From assembly GCF_004010195.1 (NCBI RefSeq), contig NC_057718.1, forward strand, positions 38,618,023 through 38,682,022: DNA of 64,000 nt. The letters run 5' to 3'. This document shows, in pieces, positions 50,991 through 63,310 of the stretch; position 1 is the first letter of the stretch; each line of letters begins with the position of its first letter. The position numbers and the translations under genes were made by a program. The stretch comes from Chiloscyllium plagiosum (lineage: Eukaryota). The notes under the pieces were generated by a model. That model was not told the DNA's origin. It worked only from the letters and a program-made list of their open reading frames with translations, and searched no databases.

Positions 50991-51934
50991 CAGTCAGTGC
51001 TAAATTACATTGAGTTGCCTGTTTTTATATGCTTCTGAAACAAAAGAGATAGTTCATCCCAGTTACAGGAAAAATAGTTTCAACTGCTTTCCTTAATTAT
51101 CTAACTTCATCTGTTTTTCTTGTAAAATCTTGCTGTAGGCTAGGAAATTTAGAATTGAAACAGTAAATTTCAGTTAAATATGAAATACAAACAAAATTAT
51201 ATTCTTACAAAAGATTAAAATTCCCTATTCACCATCTGCCAGCGTCTGGATAAATATCGGAAGGTCACAGGGTGACTCTCAGCAGTTCCCCAAAGTTTCT
51301 GTCCCATACTGGGCCTCTCAGTCAGGCATTGAGTGCATTTTATTGAGGGGCACCCCTACCCCGGCTCGGGCTCTGCTTAGGTTTGCTTGTTGTGCTCCCT
51401 GCATGGCAAGCCTCCTGCTCACCATGGGTCAATACTAAGGACCTTTTCACCATGGACCTTATTGAGGTGGAAGCGTAAAGGTGGTCCACATCACCACACA
51501 CTATCCTCCTCCCTGATTAATTGTCCAACCCCTCTGCCCAAAGAAACTCCTCATGAGGAGGGGACACTAATTTTTACCTCATAAGTGGAATTAAAAAATA
51601 GAAAGAGAGAAAGATCTAAGACTATAGTTGGAGTCTCGTGGCAATTGTGGTGTGGGATAATGTAGCAAAGCCAGAGTTTTTAATATAAAGTTGCCATAGC
51701 CCATGTGGACGAGAGGGCTGTTGTCTCAATAGAGAGTGAGAGAGACACTTGGTGGTGGTTTAAGCTGATTGGAAGATTTTTAACTTTCTTGTAGAGTAAG
51801 ATGAACAGATTAGAAAAATGATGAGTTTTTTGAGTTGTCCAGAGTAAATTTTTTTGCAACAATGTATCTTAGAACCAATAGGGGGAACACACGAGATTTA
51901 TTAACATGTAAATTAATTAACATGTAAAGAGCCA

Positions 51935-52192
51935 GATTTAGATTAGATTAGATTACTTACAGTGTGGAAACAGGCCCTTCGGCCCAACAAGTCCACTTCG
52001 ACCTGCCGAAGCGCAACCACCCAGACCCATTCCCCTACATTTACCCCTTCACCTAACACTACGGGCAATTTAGCATGGCCAATTCACCTAACCTGCACAT
52101 TTTTGGGTAGTGGGAGGAGACCAGAACACCCGGAGGAAAACCACGCAGACACGGAGAGAATGTGCAAACTCCACACAGTCAGTCGCCTGAGG
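51935..52192 (-). mobile_element. HE1-like SINE, 5'-truncated, with an (AGATT)n tail
   Basis: V-domain core similar to the 43190 copy; agatttagattagattagatt tail. Confidence 0.85.
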
Positions 52193-52444
52193 CTGTTAGT
52201 TTACAGCCTAACAGTGTATGAGCACCCATCTGATAGTTATCATGATGTGTTTGAGTTGAAACAACTATGAAGATTCAAGATTTAGATAAAGTTAACATCA
52301 ATGCAATGGTACAGAGAAAGTCCTCAGTAAACTGGGCAAGTTTACTGATAAGTGAGAAGATAGAAGATCAATAAAAAGTAATTTAACATGAAAGAGAGCC
52401 AGTTTACACCCCTAAAGAGTAAGAACTTGCATTTCTAAAAAAAA

Positions 52445-52925
52445 TGAGGTAAGGGGCAACTTAAAACCAAACGTAAATTGCTAAGAATGACACTAACAAT
52501 CAATTTTAGATTATCAATTGGGCTTGCATTGAAACTCAATTTTTGATGCTGGAAACTACATTCATGTGGAAGGCCTTGTCCTTTGCAAACCAAAAGAACA
52601 TGAGCCATTTTTGAATAAACAGAAACTTGGAGGGCAACCAATCACTGGCACATTTCCCAAGGTAAAACTTTGACCAATTATACCACACTTGCATGGTTTG
52701 GATTTAAATCAAAAACTTGGCAGTTAAATGCTCTCTGGTGCATTCTCCATGCCATCTACTAGAGTCCATGTGTCAAGCAATCAGCAGTCTCTCCTCATGC
52801 AGTATTAACTGTTGTTTCCTTTAAGATTTGGTATTCTTGTGATTCTGTCCTGATTAGTGCAAGACAAAAAGCTTTCACGTGATGTCTCTTTAACCCAGCA
52901 ATACTCAAGTTCTGTACTTTCAAGT
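52445..52925 (+). mobile_element. Decayed Penelope-like 3' end of a distinct family, with a fossil hammerhead
   Basis: AKNDTNNQF*IINWAC..FLMLETT/IHVEGLVLCKPKEH resembles the PLE GIY-YIG C-terminus (F.II....L..LEA.YI....P.LC.Q). Followed by a hammerhead-like motif at 52835-52880. Confidence 0.55.
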
Positions 52926-53031
52926 GTTATTGTTTTAGTAAGTTAAGTTTAGTGACTACCTGCCCTAGTTTAGAATAAATCTACTTGGGTTATCTGGCAT
53001 ATTTCTCTGCTGTTTACGTACTCGAGGTAAT

Positions 53032-54131
53032 TATAGTCATAGAGTCATAGAGATGTACAGCATGGAAACAGACCCTTCGGTCCAACCCATCCATGCGGAC
53101 CAGATATCCCAACCTGAATCTAGTCTCACCTGCCAGCACCTGGCCCATATCCCTCCAAACCCTTCCTATTCGTATGCCCATTCAAATGCATCTTAAATGT
53201 TGCAATTGTGCCAGCCTCCACCACTTCCTCTGGCAGCTCATTCCATACATGTACATCCTCTGTGTGAAAAAGTTGCCCTTTAGGTCTCTTTAATATCTCA
53301 CACTAAATCTATGCCCTCTAGTTCTGAACTGGCTCAAAGGTAGAAGACAGAGGGTGGTGGTGGAGGGTTGTTTTTAAGACTGGAGGCCTGTGACCAGTGG
53401 AGTGCCACACGGATCAGTGCTGGGTCCTCTACTTTTTGTCATTTACATAAATGATTTGGATGCGAGCATAAAAGCTAGAGCTATTAAGTTTGCAGATGAC
53501 ACCAAAATTGGAGGTATAGTGGACAGTGAAGAAGGTTACCTCAGATTACAACAGAATCTGGACCAGATGGGCCAATGGGCTGAGAAGTGGTAGATGGATT
53601 TTAATTCAGATAAATGCGATGTGCTGCATTTTGGGAAAGCAAATATTAGCAGGACTTATACGCTTAATGGTAAGGTCCTAGGGAGTGTTGCTGAACAAAG
53701 AGACCTTGGAGTGCAGGTTCATAGCTCCTTGAAAGTGGAGTCGCAGGTTGATAGGATAGTGAAGGCGGCGTTTGGTATGCTTTCTTTTAGTGGTTAGAAT
53801 ATTGAGTACAGGAGTTGGGAGGTCATGTTGTGGCTGTACAGGACATTGGCTAAGCCACTGTTGGAATATTGCGTGCAGTTCTGGTCTTCCTATCAGAAAG
53901 ATGTTGTGAAACTTGAAAGGGTTCAGAAAAGATTTACAAGGATGTTGCCAGGGTTGGAAGATTTGAGCTATAGAGAGAGGCTGAGTAGGATGGGGCTGTT
54001 TTCCCTGGAGTGTCGGAGGCTAAGGGGTGACCTTATAGAGGTTTACAAAATTATGAGGGGCATGGGTAGGGTAAATACATAAAGTCTTTTACCTGGGGCA
54101 GAGAAGTCCAGAGCTGGAGGGCATTGGTTTG
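53032..54131. mobile_element. CR1 insertion with a 5' inversion (minus part 53032-53326, plus part 53327-54131)
   Basis: The plus piece ends at the CR1 position where the minus piece begins (cagagctggagggcattggtttgg vs cagaactagagggcatagatttag). Confidence 0.85.
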
Positions 54132-54264
54132 GTTGACATTGACAAAGAGCTATAATTCTGTGACAGTGACTATGTCAGGTTATTGCTTGATTAATCTGTG
54201 GGTTAAAGGACTTTGCAGGGTTGGATTGAGTGTGACTTTGCTGTGTGTGGTACTGTGGTATATG

Positions 54265-54620
54265 GGAAGTTTTTTTTATTCATTCACAGGATAAGGGCAT
54301 AACTGGCTATGCAGCATTCATTGCCCCTCCACTAGTTGCACAGAGGGCAGTTAAGAGTCAACCACATTGCTGTGGATCTGGAGTCACAAGTAGGTCAGAC
54401 CAGGAAAGGGTGGCAGTTTGCTTCCCTAAACGACGTTAGTGAACCGGATGACAGTCGACAATGGTTTCATAGTCATCATTAGATTCTTATTTTAATTCAA
54501 TAAATATCTAGAATTTCTACCATCTGCCATGGCAGGATTCAAACCCAAGTCCCCAGAATATTATCTAAGTCTCTGTATTAACAGTCCAGCGATAATACAA
54601 CTAGGCCATCGCTTCCCCAA
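54265..54620 (-). mobile_element. Full-length SINE of the 20288 family
   Basis: Minus strand ggggaagcgatggcctagttgtattatc...gggtttgaatcctgccatggcag...; same core and tail as the 20288 copy. Confidence 0.85.
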
Positions 54621-55179
54621 AGTGGCCCATTTGAAAAAGTCTGATAGGAACAAAATTACAGCTATTTGTTTAAACGAATGGCTTCAAGTGGGAATATGGG
54701 GATGGATTTGATGATGAAGTCATCCTTTTTGGAAATTAAAGGAGAAGAGAGGATAAAATAGTGAAAAACTGGAAATATTGGAAGCCTAAAGAGATCTAAG
54801 GGTCCAGCTCCATGGAATGGAAGCCACATAATGAGATCTCAGGTCAAATGAACAAAAGCTTGTTCAAAGTAGTATATTTAAATAAATATTCAAGAGGAAG
54901 AAAGCGAGATAGAAAGTTGGAGGGAGGAATTCCAGAGCTTTCAACCGAGGCAACAGCAACCAATACTAGAACTGCTGCAATTGGGAATGCACAAGAGGCC
55001 AGAATTAGAAGAATGCAGCAATCTCAGAGTGTTGTGGGGTTAAAGGAGATTATTGAAATCGGGGAGTGCAATGTCATGGAGGGTTTTCAAAACAATGATA
55101 AGAATTGCCACCTACCTGGAAGTCAGAGCAGCATCAGGCCTGTGATCAAGCAACTTGAAAAAGGCAAGTCTAAACAGCA

Positions 55180-55400
55180 GCAGAGGTTCAAGGCCTACAC
55201 CATTTACCTGGGAGTTGGAATGGGATCAAACCTGCATGGGAGCAACTCAAAGCGAGAGGGTATAAATTTCAACTGAGACTTGAGACCTGCACCTCTTAAC
55301 CCTGGGAGTTGGTGTCGGATCAAACTTATGAAAGAGCAACTTGGAATAGGAAAGTATAAATCATGGCTGAGGCTTGAGGCCTATATCCTACCTGGGAGTT
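55180..55400 (+). repeat. Diverged tandem repeat of about 90-94 bp (about 2.5-3 units)
   Basis: cctgggagtt recurs at 55207, 55301 and 55391, with ggatcaaac, gagcaact and gtataaat also repeated. Confidence 0.75.
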
Positions 55401-58400
55401 ACAGCAGAATAATTCCAAACAGCTGAGTTTTTTTAAAAAAAGCCCAGAGATTCACAACAGAAAATCAATAAATTCATTAGTTGGAAAGAAAGTGTATCAG
55501 GGTCTATGTAAATTACAAATTTTTTTAAGAAGTAGTTTAACTAAGAAATACCAGAAATAAATGAAAGTCAGGTAAAAGTAAACTAGAGTAGAATAAGGGA
55601 AGTAAAGTTAATGTAAAGGAAGGAAGTTGGCACGACAGATCGGTTGAGTGGAATGTGTGACCTGTAATATGTGCTGAGTCATGGACCCTTCCAGGGTCCT
55701 AGAGGACCACCAGCGCACAAAATGCTTTCATGTGTCGAAGCTTAGTCTTCGGTTTTTAGATCTTGAGCAGTGGCTGAAACACTGTGGTATATTCTGCAAA
55801 GCTGAGAGTTATGTGGATAACACGCGCAGAGAGGTGTTCACACTGCAGCTTATGGCCTGGAGGCAAGAAGGGAATGGATAACTATCAGGCAATAGAAGAA
55901 AATTAGGTCGGAGTCTCTTGGGGTCCTGTTTACATATTGGTTTTCAGTATTGGAAGCTGATAAAGGTGCTGCTGGTTCTTCAAGTGAGTGGAGTCAAAGC
56001 CACATTTGTGGCTGCACAAAAGCAGGAAGAAGAAAGTGGAGCGGTAGTGATAGAGAAATTCCATAAGGAAACAGACAGGTCTTTCTGTCCCATAGACATG
56101 ACTTCCAAAGTGGTATATTGCCTCCCTGATACCAGGGTCAAGGATGTCACAGAGTAGACATTCTTTGGGGAGAGGGTGAGCAGCCAGAGGTTATGGTCCA
56201 CTGCCCTCAGAAGAAAGAGGAACATGGTCCTGCAATCAGAATTTAGGTAGCTACATATAAAATTAGCAATTAGCAATGTATTAATCCCCACGTTACTCCA
56301 GCGCCAAGTGCAAATAAGTACAGAAATAGGACACTCTGGGAGACAGTCTGTGACTGGGAAGATGGAGCAAGAGGGAAGGTTTTAGATTCCTGGGACACTG
56401 GGACTGGCTGTTGCCAAGTTGGCACCTGTACAAGTTTGACAGTTAGCACCTGAACAGAGCTGGGACTGAGTGCCTTGTGGGTCTTATTGCTAGGCCTTTG
56501 GGAGAGCTTTAACTAGCTTGGTAGGGGTTAGTAGAGAGAAATATCAGAATACAGTTGGCACTAGCCAACAGCAAGTTAATAGGTGAAGTCAGAGTCAGGA
56601 AGAAAGAAATAAAGTCTATATATGGGTTACTGTGCATATATATGAATGCACAGAATGTAATAAATAAGATTGGAAAGTTACAACTGCAGATTGTCATGTG
56701 GAAATATGATGTTGTGGCACTAACAGAGACATGGCTTGAGGAAGGGCACAAAATGGCTGTTAAATATTCCTGGATACAAGGTGTTCATAAAAGATAGAAA
56801 AGGGAGGATAGGAAGTGCGGTGGCAATATTGGTTAAGGAAAACATGGTTGTGCAGGAGAAAAGGGATGCCTCAGAGTGTTCAAGAACAGAATTAATTAGG
56901 CTAGAGCTAAGGAACAACAAGGATGCAGTTACATTGCTCGGTATAGTCTGGAAACCACCAATTAATGGGAAGGATGTGGAGGAACAAATCTGTGGGGAAA
57001 TTACAGAGACATGCCAACATTATATAGTAGTTATAATGCGGATCTTCAATTATCCTAATACAGATTGGGATACTAGTAGTGTAAGGAACAGGAAGGATTG
57101 AATTCAAAAGAGTTTCCTACACTAGCATATGTCCAGTCCAACAAAAAAGGATGCAACTAGTTCACAGAAATGAGTGAGCCCAAGTGGACCAAATGTCAGT
57201 GAGGGAACATCTCGGAAACAGTGGTCATTGTATTATAAAGTTCAGGTTGATGATGGGGAATGACATTAGACAGTCTAGAGTAAGAAAAATCAATTAGCAA
57301 CTTAAATGGGGCAAAATCAGAGCTGGACAGGATAGCATGGAATGAGAAGTTCACGAGTAAAAATGCAACTGAACAATGGATTACCTTCAAAGGGGGAATG
57401 GATCAGATACACTCAAGGTACATTCCCTCAAATGGCAAAAGTAAGAGAAACAATTCTAGAGCTCCCTGGATGACAAAGGAAATAGAAATTAAGACAAAGG
57501 AGAAGTGTGCTAATGACAGATATCAGGTAGATAGTACAGCTGAGAACAAAGAAGAATACAGAAAGTTTAGAGGGAAGGTGAAAAGGAAAATTAGAGAATC
57601 AAGAAACAATTATGAGAAAAGACTCTCAGCCAATGTAAGTGAGTGTCCAAAGTCTTCCATAGGCATATAAATAGTACAAAAGTGGTAAAACAAGGAGTTG
57701 GGCCAATTAGAGGCCAAAGGATATCTTGACATATAAGCAGGGGCTGAGGTTTTAAATGAATACTTTGCATCTGTCTTTGGCAAAACAGGAGGTGCTACCC
57801 AGGCCATTGTGACAAAGGAGGAAACTCTATCACTAAAAGAGTTCAAAATTTATAAGTGTTGAATAGACTGTTGGTTCTGAAATTTGACAAGACACCAGGA
57901 CCGGATGAGATGATCCAAAGATATTGAAGGAAGTGATGGTGGAAATTGCAAGGGCACCGACCATAACCTTTAAGTCTTCCCTAGACTCAAGGGAGGTGTC
58001 AGAAGACTGAAACATTGTAAACGATACAGTCTTGTTCAAGAAAGGTTGTAAGGATAAGTCCAAGAATTATAAAACAGCCAGTTTAATTTTAGTAATGGGG
58101 AAGCTTCTAGAAACAATTATTCAGTATAGAATTATTCATCATATGGAAAAGTGTGGGTTGAATAGGAAGAGTCAGCATGGATTTGTGAAGGAGAAATCAT
58201 ACTTAACCAACTTGCTGGAATTTTTTGAGGTGGTAACAAAAAGACTTGAGAGTGATGCTGTTAATGTAGTGGACTTCCAGAAGATGTTGGGTACAGTGTC
58301 ATACAACAGACTTATAAGACAAGTTATAGGCCATGGAATAATAGAGTCAGTAGCAACTTGGATCACAATTGACTGAGTCTAAGGAAACAGAATAATGGTC

Positions 58401-58540
58401 TATGGAGGAATGCTTCTAGTGGAGTTCCCCTGGACATGATATTGGGACCCTGAATTTTCTTAATATATGTTCATAATCTATTCAATTTCAAAGTTTTCAG
58501 ATGACTAGAAACTTGGAAGAATAGCAAACTGTGAGGAGGT

Positions 58541-59298
58541 GTATTGAGTATAGAGGTTGGGAGGCCACATTGCAAGCTGCACAGGAGATTGGTTAGGCCA
58601 CTTTTGGAACACTACATTCAATTCTGGTCTCCCTGCTGGAGACAAGATATTGTTAAACTTGAAAGGGTTGGAAAAAGATTTACAAGGATATTGCCAAGGT
58701 TGGAGGTTTTGAGCTTATATGAAGAGGCTGAATAGGCCAGGGCTATTTTCTGTCAGAGGCAGAGGGGTGACCTTATTGAAGTTTATAAAATTGTGAGGGG
58801 CATGGACATGGTGAATAGTCAAGGTCTTTTCCCTAGCATAGGAGAGTCCAAAATCACAGGGCATAGATCTAAGGTCAGAGAGCAAAGATTTAAAAAGGAC
58901 CCAACTTCTTCCTGCAGAAGGTGGTGCATGTATGTAAGAGTTGCCAGAAGAAGTTCATAAGATATAGGGGCAGAATTAGGCCATTCGGCCCATCGGGTCT
59001 GCTTCACCATTCGATCACGGTTGTAATGCTCCTCACCTGCATTTTCCTGTCTTCTCCCTTCAACCCATTATCAATTAAAAATCTGTCTAACTCCTCCTTA
59101 AATTTACTGACTCAGTGGTGGAGGCTGGAACAATTACTACATTTAAAAAGTATCTGGATGGGTTTATAAATAGGAAGGGTTGAAAGGGATATGGACCAAG
59201 TGCTGGCAAATGGGACTAGATTAATTTAGAGTATCTGGTCAGCATGGACAAATTAGACCAAATGGTCTGTTTCTGTGCTGCATGTCTCAATGGCTCTC
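58541..59298 (+). mobile_element. Younger 5'-truncated CR1 nested in the old CR1, itself interrupted by a minus-strand CR1 tail (about 58955-59110)
   Basis: The host reads aactgtgaggag...gacagtgttgaactcc across the insert; ORF LVRPLLEHYIQFWSP. Confidence 0.8.
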
Positions 59299-60339
59299 TG
59301 ACAGTGTTGAACTCCAAAATGACATAGACAAGTGGTTGAAACAGGTGGCAGATGAGGTTCAATTCAGAGAAGTGTGAGATGATACATTTTGATAGGCAGG
59401 AAATTGAAAGACAATATAAAATAAGGGGTTCAAGTCTAAAAGAGCTACAGAAGCAGAGACACCTAGGTATGTATGTGCACTGATCATCAAAAGTGTCAGG
59501 AGGACAGAGCAGTTAATAAAGCAGAGGATATCCTCAGTTTTATTAATTGGGGCAAGGAGTTGAACTTGTATAAACCACCTGCTATATCCTAGTTGAAATA
59601 TTGTGTACAGTTTTAGATGTCTCATTATAGGAAGAATTTGAATGCATTAGAGTGCTGGAGAAATTTACAACAATAGTTCCTGGTATAAGGAACTTCAGTT
59701 ATGAGGATCAATTGAAGAAGTTGAGGCTGTTCTCTTTGGAGAGAAGAAGGCTAAGAGTAGATTTGATAGAGGTTTTCAAAATCACGAGTGGGCTGGATAG
59801 AGTAGATTGGGAGAAATGTTCCCACTAATAACAAGATCATGGATGAGAGAGCATAGATTTAAAGTGTTTGCAGGAGGAGCAAATGTGATGTGAGGAAAAA
59901 CTTTTAGGTAGGTAGTTTGGTATGGAATGCACTGTTTGGAAGTGTGGTGGAGGCAGGTTCAGTTGAGACATTCAAGGGGGCATTGGACAGATGTTTGAAT
60001 GGAAATAATGTGTAAGGATATAGGAAAAAATTTCAATGGAGATTGACACTAGGTAATGATGCTCATTTAAAGTGCTGGTATAGACATGATGGGCCAAATA
60101 GCCGCCACTGTGCCACAACACTTCTGTAACTCTGCGACTTATAACATCAAATGTTGCTTGACTGCAAGTCAGTCTACCTCAACAAGCACGGTGGAGGTGG
60201 TTGATAGGGAAGCGGGACTGGGACAAGTTACAACATGGTGAGCAGAATTTTGGATACCCTGATGTTTATAGAGGAGAGAGTGTGTGAGACCAACCAGACG
60301 TGTATTCGAATAGTCAAAATGAGCAAATCAAGGCATGAG

Positions 60340-63310
60340 GATTTCAGTAGCACACGAGCTGAGACAGGGGCATAGTCAAAGTGTTATGGAAGTGGGTTTA
60401 GATGATAGGGATTGCATAGGTATGTCATTAAAATCTTATCTCAGAAGCCAAGGAAAAATTAGAGTACAAGAGAAAGTCAAAAAATAAAAACTGATGAGAA
60501 AAATTTCTTTGGATAATTAAAAATAAAAGTAATTTTCCAAAGTAACTATTGGTTTGATAGAAAAAAACTGAAAGGACTGTGAATGCTGGAAATCTGAAAC
60601 AAAAACAGAAATCACTAGAAAATCTCAATAGCTCTGACAGCATCTGTGGAGAGAAATCAGCGTTTATGTCTTGGGTCTGGTGACTTTCTTCAGAGTGTCA
60701 CTGGACATGGAACATTAACTATGATTTGCCTCCACAGATGCTGCCAGATCTGCTGAGATTTTCCAGCAATTTCTGTTTCCATTGGTCCTGTAGAAAATGA
60801 GTATGGGGAATTAGTAATGGGGACAAAGAGATGGCAGGCAAATTAGACAGATATTTTGCGCTGTCTTCAATAGAAATGATACAAGTGCCTGTAGTATCCT
60901 GGAAATAGCTGTCAGAAAATTACAATTACCAGGGAAGTAATACTGAATAAATTACTGAAACTGCGAGTTGGGAGGTCCTCAGGTCCTGATGGATTACACC
61001 CTCAAATCTTAAAAGGATTAGTCAGTGGGATAGTTGATGCATTAGTTTTGATTTTCCAGATCACATTAGATTCAGAGAATCTTTAAATTGGAAAATAGCT
61101 AATGTAACTCCTTTATTCAAAAAGGGAAGGAAACAGAAAGCCGAGTGCTACAGTCAAGATAACTTACCATCTGTCATAGGAAAAATGTTTGAAACTATTA
61201 TTAAAGATGTTATTGCAGGGCATTTGGAAAAGTTCAGGTTAATCAGGCAGAGCCAACATGGTTTTGTCAAAGGCAAATCATGTTTAACTAAGTTATGGGA
61301 GTTCTCTGAAGAAGTAACTTGTTCTGCAGATAAAGGGGAACTAGGAAATATATTGTATTTAGATTTCCAGAAGACATTTGATGAGGTGCCACATCAAAGA
61401 TTATTGCGAGAAATAAAAGTTCATGGTGTAGGGGAGTAGTATATTGGCATGGATAGAAGATTGGATGCTGGCTAATGAGGCAGAGAGTAGGAATAAATGG
61501 GTTTTATCAAGCTGGCAGGATGTCACAAGTGATCTACCACAGGGGTCATGCTGGGGCTTCAACAGTTCACAATTTACATGAATAATTTGGATGAATGGAC
61601 CGAAGGCATGGTAGCTACATTTGCTGATGACCCAAAGATAGAGAGGAAAGTGAGTTGTGAATAAGATAAGGGGCCTACAAAAGGATATAGATTGGTTAAG
61701 TGAATTGGCAAAAGTGTGAAATTGTCCATGTTGACAGAAAGAATAAAAAAGAAGCATATTATCTAAATGATGAGAGATTGCAAAGCTCTGAGTTGCAGTG
61801 AGATCTTGGTATCCTAGAGCATGAAATGCAGAAGGTTAGTATGCAGGTACAGCAATAAATTAGAAAGGCTAAGAGAGTTCATTCTATTGCACGGAGAATT
61901 GATTGCAAAAGTAGAGAGGTTCAGTTTCAATAATACAGGACATTGGTGAGACCACATCTGGAGTACAGTGTACAGTACTGGTCACTGTACTTGTGGACGG
62001 ATGCTAATGCATTAGCAGCAGTTCAAAGAAGGTTTATGAGATGAATACCCGGGATGGGTGGATTGCCTTACGAGGAATGGCTAAATAGGCTTAGCCTCGA
62101 TCCTCTGGAATTTAGAAGAGTCAGAGTGACTTAATTGAAATATATAAGGTCCTTAGGAGATTTGATTGGGTGAATGTTGAAAGGATGTTTCTTCTTCTTG
62201 GAGAATCTAGAGCTAGGGGTCTCATTTGACCTTGATTTGTAGGACTGTTATATGAAGAGACTGGATAGGTTAGGACCATTTTAGACCATAAGAAATATGA
62301 ACAGGAGTAAGCTGTTCAGCCTCTTGAATCTGCTCCGCCTTTCAATAGGATCATGGCTGATCTGACATTCCCGACATCCACTTTCTTACAATTTCCCCAT
62401 AACCCATGATTCTCTTATTGATCAAGAATCTACATATCGCATCCTTAAATATATGCAAGGATTTTGTTCGCACTGCTATCTGTGGCATGGAGTTCTAAAG
62501 ATTCAGAACTCTCTCAGAGAAGAAATTCCTTCTCATCTCAGTCGTAAATTGATTCTGAGATTATGCCCTCTGGTTCTAGACTCTGTCTTGAGAGAAAACA
62601 ATCTCTCAGCATTTATCCTGTTGAGAATCCTATATTGCAATATACACTGGAATTTAGAAGAATAAAATTGGATCTCAGAAACATGTAAAAATTCTAACAG
62701 AGCAAATGCAGGGATGATATTTCAGATGGCTGGGGAATCCAGAACCAGGGTCACAGTGTTAAGATATGGAGTAGGCCTTTTAAAACTGAGCTGAGGAGAA
62801 ATTTATTTACCCAGAGGATAGTGAGCCTGTGGAATTCTCTGCCACAGAAAGCATTTGAGGCCAAAAAACTTGATTGCTTTCAAGAAAGAGTTAGATATAG
62901 TTCTTAGGAATAAAGGGATCAATGGGTGTGGGAAAAAGCAGGAAAAGATTTCTGAATTGGATGATCAGCTATGTTGAATGATGGAGCAGGCTTGGAGGGC
63001 TGAATGGCCTACTCCTGCTGTTATTTTCTATGTTTCTACATTTCAAAATAAGGGAATGCCCATTTAAGACAGAGATGAGGAAAAAATTTCTCTGAGTTGA
63101 CAGTCTTTGGAATTTCTTTCCTCAAAAGGAAGCATATATAGAATCCTTAAGTATTTTTAGGATAGAGGTAGATAGATTCTTGATTACCAAGGGGTTCAAA
63201 AATTATCAGGGGTATGCAAGAATGTAAAGTTGAAGTTAAAGCCAGGTTAGCCATAGTCTTATTGAAGACTCGAAGAGCCCAGTGGCCTACTCTTGTTCCT
63301 TGTTCATATG
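60340..63310 (+). mobile_element. Decayed CR1 ORF2 with nested CR1 pieces (about 62225-63040 on +, about 62283-62645 on -)
   Basis: ORF SQHGFVKGKSCLTKL..LYLDFQKTFDEVPH and FADD at about 61620; two separate 3' tails at about 63000-63040 and 63270-63310. Confidence 0.8.
60560..60780. mobile_element. Fold-back Penelope-derived element (second arm subfamily) inserted in CR1
   Basis: Arms aaacagaaatcactagaaaatctca...cagcatctgtggag / ctccacagatgctg...tgagattttccagcaatttctgtttc. Degenerate TSD attggtttgatagaaaa / attggtcctgtagaaaa. Confidence 0.75.

Larger units (their letters stand above)
55130..60140 (+). mobile_element. Near full-length old CR1 (5'UTR repeats, ORF1, ORF2, 3' tail) with nested insertions
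   Basis: ORF1 VECVTCNMC..RTKC and VVYCLPDTRVKDVTE. ORF2 LCIYMNAQNVINKI, DVVALTETWL, WKPP, FNYPNTDW, FKKGCKD, SQHGFVKEKS. Tail near 60120-60140. Confidence 0.85.

Noticed and set aside
54812..55276. 154-aa ORF
   Set aside because: No recognisable homology; it crosses from decayed repeat sequence into the CR1 5' tandem repeat.
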